Source: a virus. From it: a DNA stretch of 64,000 nucleotides. Made by a program: the position numbers and the translations under genes. This document shows positions 22,374 to 34,077 of this stretch, piece by piece; the stretch's first letter is position 1, and each line of letters starts with the position of its first letter. The notes beneath the pieces are model-generated. The model worked only from the letters and a program-made list of their open reading frames with translations, was not told the DNA's origin and made no database searches. The DNA lies in the IMG/VR virus record IMGVR_UViG_3300035542_000215. One strand, 5' to 3'.

Positions 22374-22682
22374 ATGAAAACGGTAAGGTTAGAAAATGAA
22401 TCAGGTGTAGAAAAAGAAGTCAAAAAAGGTTTCAGTTGGACAGTTTTATTTTTTGGGTTGTTTGTCCCTCTAATAAGAGGAGATTTGAAATGGGCTATCA
22501 TAATGTTTGCCATACATTCTCTCTTGGCTCCCCTATCAATAATGCTATTTGGACTTCCAAATATTATTGCTGGGGTTATCTTAGCAGCAAAATACAACGA
22601 AACATATACAAGAGAACTTAGAGAAAAGGGATACTTCATCATCAATGATGAGAAAGGTAGAATTTCAAGTTCAAAAAATTAA
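22374..22682 (+). CDS. Small membrane protein (DUF2628-like)
   Basis: KEVKKGFSWTVLFFGLFVPLIRGDLKWA, followed by a hydrophobic hairpin. Confidence 0.6.
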   Translation: MKTVRLENESGVEKEVKKGFSWTVLFFGLFVPLIRGDLKWAIIMFAIHSLLAPLSIMLFGLPNIIAGVILAAKYNETYTRELREKGYFIINDEKGRISSSKN

Positions 22683-22824
22683 CAACTGTACCATGTTAAT
22701 TAAGATGCTAGTAATTTAGCATCTTTTTTTTGTTTTTTTTGGAATATAAAAACATTAAGATGCATATTATATTTTATATTGTTCAAAGGAGCATTTTGAT
22801 GCAAATAAAAAAATAGGAGGAGAC

Positions 22825-23649
22825 ATGGAAGACATTAAGAAAAAATATCTAGCCAACAGAAAAAAACACAAGGAGAAAAAAGAAATTCTTGAAAGAAAAA
22901 TTACTAAACTGCAAAAAGAACTATCTGGACTAGAATCTTATAGTTGGGTTGATGAACTTGTAGTTCCCTTAGCAAAAAAACTGTCTGATAGGTTTAAAAA
23001 AGAGTATGAAATATACGGACCTTTTGGACTTAGGGCAGATACCACTATATATTTACTTGATGATCCAAGTAAGTCTATTACAGAACAACCTGTCTTAAGG
23101 TTATCGCTAATACCAAAGGACTTAAGTCAAGGAGAACTTTTTTATGAAACTGGAGAACAGACCAACGAATATCAAAAAGGCAGCATTGGATATCTAAACG
23201 GAATGAACAATGCTGAAAAAAAATTGCCGGATGATTTTGAAGAAATTGTAAAGTTGGTAAAATAAGGAGGAAATATGGAAAATAGAGGAAATAGAAAATT
23301 ACTTTATCGTTTTGTAAGCAGTCATATTAAAAACAAGATGAATAAAAAAGGAGAAATATTTGAGAAAGATATAAATCTTTTATCAAATAACGTTGTTGTA
23401 GCTCCTAATATTGTTAATGATACAAACTGCAAAAAAGAATATAATAAACTTTGTATCATAAAAGGAGATAGTGAAATAGAACCTTATTTAGCTTTTGAAT
23501 TTCGTTACCTTCCCTATTTAGTGGCAGGATTGAAAGTTATGAAAATAAAAGAAAAGTCCCAAATATTAAAGGAGTTCACTAAAAAAGACTATGAAAAGAT
23601 TAAAAATAATGTAAGAAAAATTAACAGTTTTAAAGGTAATCCTTTTTAG
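22825..23649 (+). CDS. Two hypothetical proteins (22825-23265, 23275-23649)
   Basis: Downstream of promoter 22741 and its leader. Confidence 0.7.
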
Positions 23650-23714
23650 GATTATCTTTTTTTTTGGAATATTAATATTTCTTAATGCATATAATACTTT
23701 ATCAAATATAAGGA

Positions 23715-24884
23715 GTGCATTACTGCACAAAAATAGGAGGAGAAATAATGAAAAAAATAAAAAAAATACTTGTAATAGTTATAATTATATCTGTTATGAG
23801 TGGACTAAGCGGATTTGCCGAACCAACCAATAAAGAAACTTTAAGCAGAGAGGAATTTTGCACTCTATTTATAGATTTTTATGAAGATCTTAAAGGGATA
23901 GAGGTAGAGACAGATTGCAAAGAACCTTTTATAGACACTGTAAATGAAAGTGTTTTGAAAGCACATCAATTGGGATTAGTGAAAGGAAACAAATCAAGAA
24001 AATTCATGCCTGAGAAACTTATATCGGAAGAAGGAGCGAAATTAATATTTGAAAGAGCTTTTGATTTTAAAGAGGAAACTTTCAATTTTATATCTTCAGA
24101 CAATCTTAACGAAGAAAATCTTAGGATTTTATTTAAAAACATTAAAAAAGAAGAAAACTGGACAAGTGAAGCTTATATTGACGATTTGTACAAAGATAGA
24201 GGATTTTTGAGAATAGGATACAAGGGAGATAACGAAAAAATAAGAGTTCGAATAGAAAAAGAGAATGAAAAATATTACTATTATTTAAATTCTGAAGGAA
24301 ATCTTGTAAATTTTCCCTTACAAATGGGTGCGGGTAAATATGAGATAAGTGTATTAGTTAATATTCCTGGACAAAAATATGCATATACTACGGCTTTATC
24401 TAAAGTAGTTGAGATTAAAGATCCTGGATTAAATACTTTTTTAAATCCTGTACAACCAATTAAATGGGATGAGGAGTTAGTTTCTGTAACTAAAGAAATT
24501 ATAGGAAACGAAACAGATGAAAATAAAAAATTTGAAAAGATTCATGAATACATAATAAATAACATCAGTTATGATTATGATAAAATTGATGAATTAACCC
24601 CAGATTATGCACCGGATCCATATAGCATCTATGAAAGCAAAAAAGGAATTTGCTATGATTATGCATCCTTACTAGCTGCTATGCTTAGGATTGAAGGTAT
24701 CCCAACAAAATTGATAAAGGGATACTATACCCCTTCAGGTGTTTATCATGCTTGGAATGAGATATATTTAAACGAAGAATGGGTATTAATAGATTCAACA
24801 GCCGATGCTTATTCTATTCGTGCTGGACGTAGTGTTAACCTAGAAAAAAAGGCTTTAAACTACGACAAAACTTATGAATACTAA
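23715..24884 (+). CDS. Secreted SLH-like/transglutaminase-domain protein
   Basis: Signal peptide (likely start Met 23748), SLH-like segment AHQLGLVKG, and triad GICYDYA / YHAWNE / IDST. Confidence 0.8.
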   Translation: MHYCTKIGGEIMKKIKKILVIVIIISVMSGLSGFAEPTNKETLSREEFCTLFIDFYEDLKGIEVETDCKEPFIDTVNESVLKAHQLGLVKGNKSRKFMPEKLISEEGAKLIFERAFDFKEETFNFISSDNLNEENLRILFKNIKKEENWTSEAYIDDLYKDRGFLRIGYKGDNEKIRVRIEKENEKYYYYLNSEGNLVNFPLQMGAGKYEISVLVNIPGQKYAYTTALSKVVEIKDPGLNTFLNPVQPIKWDEELVSVTKEIIGNETDENKKFEKIHEYIINNISYDYDKIDELTPDYAPDPYSIYESKKGICYDYASLLAAMLRIEGIPTKLIKGYYTPSGVYHAWNEIYLNEEWVLIDSTADAYSIRAGRSVNLEKKALNYDKTYEY

Positions 24885-25013
24885 AAACAAGAAATAAGAT
24901 AGTGTGCGAATACACGCTATCTTTTTTTTTGGAATATAAAAAAACATAGATGCATATAATAAATTAGAAAAAATACAAAGGAGTGACTATTCACATTAAT
25001 AAAAGGAGGATAT

Positions 25014-25307
25014 ATGTTTTTTGAAAAAAATAGAAATATTTATATGAAGAAGGATAGAGAAATGCTAAAAATATATTTTCAAACATATGATATTTCGTGG
25101 AATTTAAGAACACACAAAAAATGGATAGAAAAAATCAAGAGAAAAGAAAATTTTCTTAAAAAAAAGTATGATTGTAGCGATATAATTATAAAATTAGCTG
25201 CTGGATACAAAATTGATGGACATAGTAAAACTAATACTTTTTTAATTAATAACGGCAGTATGATTAAGGAAGTATTAACAAAAAAATATTTATCTATTAA
25301 ATATTAA
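25014..25307 (+). CDS. Hypothetical protein
   Basis: First gene after promoter 24931 and its leader. Confidence 0.65.
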   Translation: MFFEKNRNIYMKKDREMLKIYFQTYDISWNLRTHKKWIEKIKRKENFLKKKYDCSDIIIKLAAGYKIDGHSKTNTFLINNGSMIKEVLTKKYLSIKY

Positions 25308-25322
25308 TGAAAGGAAAAGGTA

Positions 25323-25907
25323 ATGAGTGTAAAAAACATGGAAAATTTAAAAGCAGATTTAGCAAAAATTGGAAGATTAGATCATACGATAGGAGTAGTG
25401 GATTTTGTAGAAAAAAATATGGAAAAATATTTACAAAATCATAATAACATTGTTATAGAAGCTGCTTGGTACCATGATATAGGATACAAATTAAACGATG
25501 GATTTCATCCTATAAATGGATACAACTTGTTTAGAAATAAACTAGACGATAGAGTTTTATTTCTTATATTAAATCATAGTGATGCTACCTCTTTGTCTAA
25601 AATACTTGGGTATGAAAAAGAGTATAATGAAATTTCACGCATTTTAAGATTTAAAATTAATACAAAATATAGTACAAAAGAAAAATTACTTTTACTTAAA
25701 ATGTTAAAGCTTCTAACTATAGCCGATATGAATGTAAATCTAAAAGGAGAAAAAGTAGGATTTGAAAAACGCTTAAAAGATATTGAAGATAGACATGGGG
25801 AAGATTCTCAAGTATATGAGCACGCAAAATCATTAATTGAAAAATTAAAAAAAGGAGAAAAAAATGAATATTACAGAGGAAATCAAAAAATTAAGAGAAG
25901 AAATTGA
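25323..25907 (+). CDS. HD-domain phosphohydrolase
   Basis: RLDHTIGV...AAWYHDIGY...FHPING...HS...ADM. Confidence 0.85.
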   Translation: MSVKNMENLKADLAKIGRLDHTIGVVDFVEKNMEKYLQNHNNIVIEAAWYHDIGYKLNDGFHPINGYNLFRNKLDDRVLFLILNHSDATSLSKILGYEKEYNEISRILRFKINTKYSTKEKLLLLKMLKLLTIADMNVNLKGEKVGFEKRLKDIEDRHGEDSQVYEHAKSLIEKLKKGEKNEYYRGNQKIKRRN

Positions 25908-26724
25908 GTTTGAGCAAAATAATTGTGAACATGAATGGGAAAAACCTGAAGAAAAAACAGAAATAAAAAGAAAAACTATTTACAATGCTGATGGAACTGT
26001 TGATGATGGAGATTCATACGATTCCTATTACTGGGAAAGAAAGTGTAAAAAATGCGAAAAAATTCAAAGAACTAATACAAGAGAATGCACAAAATACAGG
26101 AGAATTTGGAAAGAACTAAAAGATGTAAGCTGGATAGACCGACTAATAAAGAAAGGATATGTTAAGGATGAATAATATTAAGGATAAGATAAAAAAACTA
26201 GAAGAATTGAAGAAAAAGCAAGAAGAACTTCAAAAAAGTTGTGAGCATAATTTTGAGATTTTAACTTATACTATACCTGAAAAAGATAGAGAAAAACATC
26301 AGGATAAAAGATACGTCTTTAGAGAATGTAAAAAATGTGGTTATCTTGAATATTCTGATGATGCTTACGAAGATATGAAAAAACCGATTTTTACTGAAGG
26401 CGATAAAAAATTTTATTTTGATGAAGAAAAAAATAAGTATGTAGAGTGGTCAAAGGATTTCTGGAAATATAAAGAAAACTGGATATAGGAGGAAAGATGT
26501 ATAAGAAAGAATATGATAAGAATGTTTTTGATGAAAAACATAAGGGAAATAAAGAAAAACTAGAAGAAACTGCAAAGTTATATTTACGAGGATTAATTAT
26601 AGCAGAACTTGCAAAAGGCTACACTCTAAAAAGTATATCTAAATGTTTAAAAGATGTCGTTGATGAATTAAAATCAGATGAACCTATTATAGACTACATA
26701 GAGCATATTGAAAAAGATAAATAA
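25864..26724 (+). CDS. Paralogous Zn-binding proteins 25864-26175 and 26159-26488, plus hypothetical 26497-26724
   Basis: The pair shares coiled-coil-CEH.(W/F)E...C.KC architecture. Confidence 0.65.
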
Positions 26725-26792
26725 AGGAATAAAAATTGAAAAAAAAGAATAATTTTAAAGAGCAGAGAAATCTGTTCTTTTTTTTGCCTTCA

Positions 26793-26820
26793 ACCTCCAC
26801 CTCCACCTCCACCTACCTAC
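26793..26820 (+). repeat. Tandem (ACCTCC)n repeat
   Basis: ACCTCCACCTCCACCTCCACCTACCTAC between a terminator and promoter 26857. Confidence 0.8.
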
Positions 26821-26941
26821 TATTTTCTCATCAATTTTATTTTATAGGATTTTTTTGGAATATAAAAACATCAAAGTGCATATGATAGTTTAGAAAAATT
26901 AAAGGAGTGCAAATGCACAATAATAAAAAAGGAGAAAACAT

Positions 26942-29408
26942 ATGAATAAAAAAACTGAAAAAGTTAAGAAGTTTAGGAGATCCCTTTGCAAACAAGGAAG
27001 AGTTGTACAGGTTATGAGATCTGCCGCTGGATACTATATAGGCACAATTGATGAGGATGAACCATATTGCAGGTTGTCAATGGAATATTTTCCTGATGAA
27101 AAAACTGCACAGTATGCTCTTGAAAACAGAGAGTTCAACGAAAGAGATTGTGTTGAGAATAACTACTGCAATGGTGGAATTGGTAGATGTTTTGTATAGG
27201 AGGTAAAAATGACTAAATTAGAGTATGCATTGGAAAAAGGAGCAATAAATAAGGATGAAAGTATCTTTGATATCATGAAAAATACTTGTGTAGTAGAAAA
27301 ATTAGAAGAATACAATGAATGTCCATATCAAAATCCAAAAGAAAAACATTGTTTAAGTTGTTGGACAAATATTTTTTACTACAAAAATAGGGTAAATAAA
27401 GGAGATAAAAAATGAAAAAAGAAATTAAATTTTTAAAAGAATTACAGGAAGAACTTAAAACTCAACCACATGACTCTCAAGCAGCTCCTAGATTTTGGGT
27501 TGTTGGAGATTACGAAGATATGATAACTGCTGAAGGACATCATGATAAAACTGTTATATATGATCCTAACTACGGCAAAGAAATTAGTTTAGAAGAAGCT
27601 GTAAAAGATCTTAGAAAAATAAGAGATAAAGATGAAGATGCAGTAATAGACGAAGGCGATATCTTAAGTTATGACGCTTTGCTAGAAACGGATTTAGATG
27701 CAGCTGATGAAGATGAAATTTTTGAACTTTATCAAGATTACATTTCAGAATGCTCAACTTTAAATTTTACGGAAAGAGTTCATAAGATTCATCCTAACAC
27801 TATGTTCTTGACAAAACAGGAAGCAAAAGACCATATAAAAGCTAATTCTTATCACTATTCCTCTGATGCTCATACATATGCTATGACAGCTTGGAGAGCA
27901 CCTAAAGTAGCAAAGCTTTTAGAAATTCTTGAAAACTTTGATTGGGATAAAATAAAGATAGAAGAAATAAAAAAAGGTGATTTAGTAAGACTTGAAAATT
28001 GTGGTGAAGCACCTTTATATAAAGATCAAATATTTAAAGTAGTAAGTGATATTTGGAATTTGGGAGAAAGTGAAGTTGTAAGACTTGAAAGCACTACTAC
28101 AGATAAAATATTCGAAGCTTTCGCAGTTGAATTTTTAAAAAAGGTAAATAAAGGAGATAGTGATGGAGAAAGAAGTTAAAAAGTATTTAATGGGAAAAGA
28201 AGTAACTATTCCTTGTGGTCCAGACATACTTGAAGGTGAAATTATAGAGGTAAGGTTTTTAAACGAAGAAATTTTTATAAATATCAGAGGAAATGATGGA
28301 TTTGAAGATTACCATATAAGCCTTGAACCTTACTATATAACCCAGTGGTTAGGAAATCCTTTTATATTTGTAGAAAAAACTACAGATTCTGGAGATTTAA
28401 TACTAGCTCAAACTGGATATTCCGACTCTAAAGGAGTTGTGGTTTCATATTTTGATAAAAAAGAAAACTGCATAAAGGAAGATTTGTACTCTAATCTTGT
28501 TAAAGCAGAGGATGAGTTAGATGTTTGATTTAGAAGACAGTTTATATTTAAACTCAAATAACGGTGCCCCAAAAGAAGAGATAGGTTTCAAAAATTGGAA
28601 TCTATATACAAAAAAAAGAAAATATAGAAAAATAGGTAGAAACGATACTTGCCCTTGTGGCAGTGGTCGAAAGTATAAGAAATGTTGCCTTGATTCAGGC
28701 AAGTTTGAAGAATATGAAAAAGGCGACATACTAAAAGATTGAGGAGATAATATGGCAGGACATTTAGATTTAAAGAAATTAAAAAATGAGAATCCATTTA
28801 AAAAAGATAAAGAGGTAAGTGAAAAAGAATTATTTAAAATTGTTAAACATAAAATAGCTGGAAAATCACTAGAAGAATTTAAGAATATTAAGATTATAGA
28901 ACTTCCTGCAAAAGAATATGTATTTAATTATGAAAAAGGCGATAAAGCTTTTGGAATTTCTAGATACCCTATGAGTGAAGAATTTAAAGGGGCTATAATT
29001 GAATATCATGTTAAGAAAAACAGTGAAGACTTAATATATATAGTTTTATAAGGAGATAATATGGCAGATTTTTTCGAAGTAAAAAGAAGAAGATCTCAAA
29101 AAGAATACAACTGCAAATTATGCAGTGAAAAAATTGAAAAGAAAGAATTTTATTTAGATGAAAAAGGAATGTTTGAGGGAGAATTTTATAATCATAAATA
29201 CCATGAAAGTTGTATGGATCACATCAATGCATATTGCGATGAATATCAAAGAGATACTTTTTCAAAAGAAGGATTGATGGATTTTCTGTATGATAATAAT
29301 TGTTATAATTGCGAAAATCAAAAAAATAAAAAATGTGTATTAAATAAGAATATATTTAGATGTGAAAAAATAATTTTTAAAAAATGCACCACCTCTCCCC
29401 CACTTTAA
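26942..29408 (+). CDS. Cassette of phage-type hypothetical genes (26942, 27209, 27412, 28160, 28752, 29061)
   Basis: Contiguous SD-led ORFs; 27412 begins [24 protein letters not shown]; 29061 has Cys/His zinc-binding motifs. Confidence 0.65.
28521..28742 (+). CDS. SEC-C motif protein
   Basis: [20 protein letters not shown]. Confidence 0.85.
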   Translation: MFDLEDSLYLNSNNGAPKEEIGFKNWNLYTKKRKYRKIGRNDTCPCGSGRKYKKCCLDSGKFEEYEKGDILKD

Positions 29409-29443
29409 GAATCGGTTATATCCGGTTCTTTTTTTCTTATATT

Positions 29444-29471
29444 TTGACAGATTTTTTAGCTGTGGTATATT
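29444..29471 (+). promoter_or_regulatory. sigmaA-type promoter sharing the sRNA promoter's -35 box and spacer
   Basis: TTGACAGATTTTTTAGCTGTG-G-TATATT, in tandem upstream of motif promoter 29498. Confidence 0.7.
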
Positions 29472-30118
29472 TAATGTGAAAATATATATTAATTAATGGA
29501 ATATAAAAAACTACTTTTGCATATAATACTTTAGAAAATATAAAGGAGTATTAATTTACAAAAAAAATAAGGAGGAAATAAATGAAAGAATTAATAATTG
29601 TAGATGTAAGCAGGGTTAAAGTTGGAGAAGATATTTATGCATACAAGTTAACTTTGTTTGATGAAGATGAAGGAGAAACATTTACTGCAAGTATTGCAGA
29701 GGGAATTTTAGAAAAATAAAAAAAAGGAGATAGAAAAATGATAAAAAAGAAAAAAATGATGAAAATTTTGGACCAGATGATGTGTTTGAAATTGAAGATG
29801 ACGATGAGATCCCATTCTAGAAAAAATACTTGAAAAGATAGGTATAATGCCTATCTTTTTTTTGGAATATAATTTTTAAGATTTGCATATAATAATTAAA
29901 CGAACAAAGGATTGTTAAAAACAAAAAAAAGAAAGGAGAAAATATGAAAATATCAATGTCAAGGTTTAAGCATAAACCAAAAGAAATGGAATGCTGTAAT
30001 GAATGCAAAGATAAAGTATGTAATATCAGCCCAGTTAAGTGTATTGATTTTTTTATAGCAAATAAAAAAGTTTTAGATGAAATACGGAGTGAGTTAGATG
30101 AAAAAAATTGATTACAAT

Positions 30119-30400
30119 GTCAATAACCCCCTCCTAAATGCTAACGCATTTTGAGGAGGGAGCTTGTTACAAGAAAGCTCATATTGACTAGACTAAGCAT
30201 TTAATTGCTACGTTATAATAGCTATCACACCTTCAGATGATACCCTAGTCTGATGCACTGTGTAGGCACTGTAAACAATCCCGTGAGGTAGGGATAGTCA
30301 ACCTAGATTCTGACCTGAAAAGGCAAACTATTATAACATTGTCGAAGGGTAACTACTAGTTAGTATTCTAGAGCAGTGTAAATCGCTGCTGTAAAAATAC
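30119..30400 (+). ncRNA. omegaRNA (HEARO-type) of IscB
   Basis: Structured noncoding region upstream of iscB with typical segments (TTGACTAGACTAAG, CTACGTT, CCTAGTCTG, ACATTGTCGAAGGG); 3' boundary approximate. Confidence 0.8.
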
Positions 30401-30419
30401 AAAAATAAAAAAAGGAGTC

Positions 30420-31718
30420 TTGCTCATGAGAGTATTTGTAAAAAATATGGACAATAAAAACCTAATGCCTTGTAAGCCTAGTAAGGCTCGAAAATTACTC
30501 AAGGCTGATAGGGCGGAAATTGTAAGTTACAAACCTTTTACTATTAAGTTATTGTATAAAACATCTAATTATACTCAAAAAACAACATTAGCTGTAGATA
30601 CTGGTATGAAAAATATTGGAATAGCAGTTACAGTTAATAAAAACAAGGTTGTAGCTAAAGGAGAAATAGAATTAAGACAAGATGTAAAAACCAATATAGA
30701 CAGAAAAAGAACTTACAGAAGGTCAAGAAGAAATAGAAAAACAAGGTATAGACAACCAAGGTTTCAAAACAGAAAAAGAAATAAGGGATGGCTACCACCA
30801 AGCATCCAATCTAGGGTTGAGAGTACATTTTTTTGGATTGAAAAATTTCAAAACTTACTCCCAGATAATACATTAATTGTAGAATTAGGTAAATTTGATC
30901 CACACAAATTAATCAATCCAGAGATTGAAGGAAAAGAATATCAAATAGGACTAACAGCAGGCTATTATGATGTAAGGCATTTTGTTTTTGAAAGAGACAA
31001 TTATACCTGCCAAGTGTGCAAGAAATCAAAAAATAAGATTTTAAATACTCATCATATAGTTTATATTTCAAAAGGTGGTACTAACAGAGCAGATAATTTA
31101 ATAACAGTTTGCACAGATTGCCATACCTCTGAAAATCATAAAAAAGGTAAAATCTTGCATAAGTGGATGCTTGAAGGAAAAAAAGTTAAGAAGTATAAAG
31201 CACCAACTTTTATGAATATTGTACGCAAAAAGTTTTATCAACATTTCAAAAATATAAAAGTAACCTATGGATCAACTACAAAACCAAAACGAAAAGAAAT
31301 AGGTTTGGATAAAACCCATTTTAATGATGCTATTGCAATTGCGGATGTAAATGAAAACTTTGAAGATGAATGTTTTTCAAATTTCAAAATCAAACAATTC
31401 AGAAAAAAGAAAAGGTCTTTACATGAAGCAACTGCTAGAAAAGGACGAAAAACACCTAATAGTAATCAAAATAGAAATTCTAAAAACACCAAAAAGGTTA
31501 GTCATAAAAAATATGGGACATTTTATCTTAACGATAAGGTAAAAGTATTTGAAAAAATTGGGTTTATAAGTGGTTTTACAAGTGGTGGAGCTTACATTAA
31601 GGATATAGAAGGAAAATACTTAACAGTTCCTGATAAAGATTACAAACAAATAAGCTTGAAGCATATAACTTTTATAAACCATAGTAATAATTGGCAATTC
31701 ATCCCCTCCCTAAATTAA
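30420..31718 (+). CDS. iscB: RNA-guided endonuclease IscB
   Basis: PLMP-type N-terminus (NLMPCKPSKARKLL), RuvC-I LAVDTG, Arg-rich bridge helix, RuvC-II IVELGKFD, HNH C..C...HH...N..DNL..VC..CH, RuvC-III THFNDA. Confidence 0.93.
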   Translation: MLMRVFVKNMDNKNLMPCKPSKARKLLKADRAEIVSYKPFTIKLLYKTSNYTQKTTLAVDTGMKNIGIAVTVNKNKVVAKGEIELRQDVKTNIDRKRTYRRSRRNRKTRYRQPRFQNRKRNKGWLPPSIQSRVESTFFWIEKFQNLLPDNTLIVELGKFDPHKLINPEIEGKEYQIGLTAGYYDVRHFVFERDNYTCQVCKKSKNKILNTHHIVYISKGGTNRADNLITVCTDCHTSENHKKGKILHKWMLEGKKVKKYKAPTFMNIVRKKFYQHFKNIKVTYGSTTKPKRKEIGLDKTHFNDAIAIADVNENFEDECFSNFKIKQFRKKKRSLHEATARKGRKTPNSNQNRNSKNTKKVSHKKYGTFYLNDKVKVFEKIGFISGFTSGGAYIKDIEGKYLTVPDKDYKQISLKHITFINHSNNWQFIPSLN

Positions 31719-32021
31719 TAAATTTTGAGGAAGGAGACTTCTTGCCAAAAAATGTTAAACAAAAAAAAGAAATCGACAAGGGTGAATATAACAAGTTGAA
31801 AAAATGTATGGAGAAAAAAAATAAAAGTAAATTGAAAAACAATAGGAGTAAATTATGAAAAAATACGTATTGCTTATTAATAATAAGTTTCATATGGATG
31901 CACCTCTTCCCTATCTTATGGATGCTATTGAAGTCCATACAAAAAAAAGAGTTGAGGTTGGAGCAGATCCTTCAGAATATAAAATTCTAACCGAAAAAGA
32001 AGATGAAAAAAGGAGAAAAAA

Positions 32022-33286
32022 ATGAATATTGAAAAAGCTAAAATATTGATAAAAATTTCTAATTGTATTAATAAAGAGGATTTGAAACAGTTATTTAATA
32101 AAACTGAAGTATATGATCGTATTAATGTTTTGAAAAGTTTTATTAATGAAGGGTATGGCAATTCAAAAGAAAACAAAAAAGAATTAGAGATATATAGAGC
32201 ATTAATAGAAAAAGTTAAATAGATAGTTTTTCTACTATATGTGAATGTATCCAAGCGTTTGGATTAACAAAGGAGATTTAATATGGATAAAAAAATAGGT
32301 TTTAAATATAATTTACTAGAACTTGTAAAACAAGCACTTAAGTTGTATCTAGATAAGTATTTTACTTATAAAATAAAAGATACTTCTAGTTTATCAGCAA
32401 TGTATGAAGTTACAAAAATTATAAATGATGATGAACTTCAAAATATTTTAGAAGAATGGTCAAAACAAAATAATGATAAAACTACTTTGTTTGATGATTT
32501 AAATAAAGACTGTAAAAAAATATGGGAAATTATTAGGACAAAAAATGTTTACAAAAATCTTTTATATAAATACCAAAAAAGTGGTGAAAGTGGAACAGGT
32601 ATTTTTGATGAAACTACTAATAAATTTCATAAGTGCGATATGGGAGAACATTATATAACTATAGGAGAAATTTTAAAAGAAAATCACTTTGAACTTTTAA
32701 AAGAATATAAGAATCACAGAAACAATCCAAATTATAATACCAAAAAGTTAGATAGCTTTATTGAAAACAAATTAAAGTTTGTTCTTTCAAAAGAATTTAA
32801 TTTTTAAAGACTGATTTTTCAGTCTTTTTTTATGGAATATAATTTTTTAGTTTTGCATATAATATCTTATCAAGAATAAGGAGCACTTTGTGCAAAAAAA
32901 ATAAGGAGGATTAAATGGAAAGAATTAAAAAAAATATAACTTTAGAACAACTTTTTAAAATTGATGTAGACCAAGCAGTTTATTTATTTGAAAAGCTAGG
33001 TTCTTTAAATCAAAAAAATAGACCTCATACTGCTTTTAGAGAATTTTTTGAAGAAAAATATAAGCCAGTATTTGGAGTAGATATTGTGAAAATAAATATA
33101 CCTTTTTTAATTGAACTCTTAGGTGAAAAATTAACAACTACTACTAGGTATAAAAAATCTGGAAAATGGAATATCGGATTTGAACTAGATAGTTATACTA
33201 CTGGTATAACTGGAGATGAATTGATTGACGTTTTATGGAAGGGTGTTGTACTTTTCGTATTGCCAAAAGAAAAAGAGGAGAAATAA
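32022..33286 (+). CDS. Hypothetical genes 32022-32222, 32283-32807, 32915-33286
   Basis: SD-led ORFs; 32915 follows promoter 32834. Confidence 0.65.
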
Positions 33287-34077
33287 TGAAAGAAAAAATA
33301 ATGGATAAAATGGAAGATTATTATAATAGGATTAAATCAGATGATTATGAAGTTTTAGGTATATTTCTATATGGTTCGCAAAACTATGATTTAGCTTATG
33401 AAGAAAGCGATGTAGATACAAAGGCAATTATAGTTCCTAATTTTAATGAATTTGTTTTAAATAAAAAGCCTGTAAGTAAAACCATTGAAATGGATAAAAA
33501 AGACCAGGTTGATATCAAGGACATCAGGTTAATGTTTGATAATTTTTTAAAGCAAAACATTAATTTTGTTGAAATTCTCTTTACTGATTACATGATAATC
33601 AATCCAAAATATGAAAAGATTTTCGAACCTATGCTTAAAAATAATGAGGAAATAGCAAGGTATAATACATATAAGGCTTTAAGTTGCATTGCCGGAATGA
33701 GCGTGCAAAAGTTAAAAGCATTAGAACATCCCTACCCTGCTACTAAAGAAAGGATTGAAAAATACGGATACGATCCAAAACAGCTTCACCATATAATCAG
33801 GCTTAATGAATTTATTAAAAAATATATATGGGAGTACAGCTATAAAGATTGCTTGAAATCCAGTATGAAGGATTATTTAATAGGCATCAAAAGTCATAAC
33901 TACTACGACTTAGACACGGCAAGAGCTATGGCTAAAAATGTAGATAGAGAAACTAAATATATTAAAGATTTATATTTTAAAAACAATGAGTTGCAAATTA
34001 ACGAAAGCATTGAAAAACTTTTGAAAAATGTAACAATTAATGTTTTTAAAGAAAAATTTAAAAAAGAAATAGCTTAA
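33235..34077 (+). CDS. Pol-beta superfamily nucleotidyltransferase (Nuc-transf/RlaP-like)
   Basis: FLYGSQNYDLAYEESDVDTK (GS...DxD); HPYP and YDPKQLHH motifs. True start is probably a downstream Met. Confidence 0.75.
   Translation: MEGCCTFRIAKRKRGEIMKEKIMDKMEDYYNRIKSDDYEVLGIFLYGSQNYDLAYEESDVDTKAIIVPNFNEFVLNKKPVSKTIEMDKKDQVDIKDIRLMFDNFLKQNINFVEILFTDYMIINPKYEKIFEPMLKNNEEIARYNTYKALSCIAGMSVQKLKALEHPYPATKERIEKYGYDPKQLHHIIRLNEFIKKYIWEYSYKDCLKSSMKDYLIGIKSHNYYDLDTARAMAKNVDRETKYIKDLYFKNNELQINESIEKLLKNVTINVFKEKFKKEIA

Larger units (their letters stand above)
30119..31753 (+). mobile_element. IS200/IS605-superfamily ISC element (omegaRNA plus iscB), no tnpA
   Basis: Starts GTCAATAACCCCCTCCTAAA-hairpin and ends with a hairpin and GGAGACTTCTTGCCAAAAAAT. 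Removing it restores an open ORF (MKKIDYN|VKQKKEIDKGEY...). Confidence 0.88.

Noticed and set aside
30117-31755. AATGT as a target-site duplication
   Set aside because: IS200/IS605 elements make no TSD; the repeat arises because the element begins GT and ends AAT, matching the AT|GT target.
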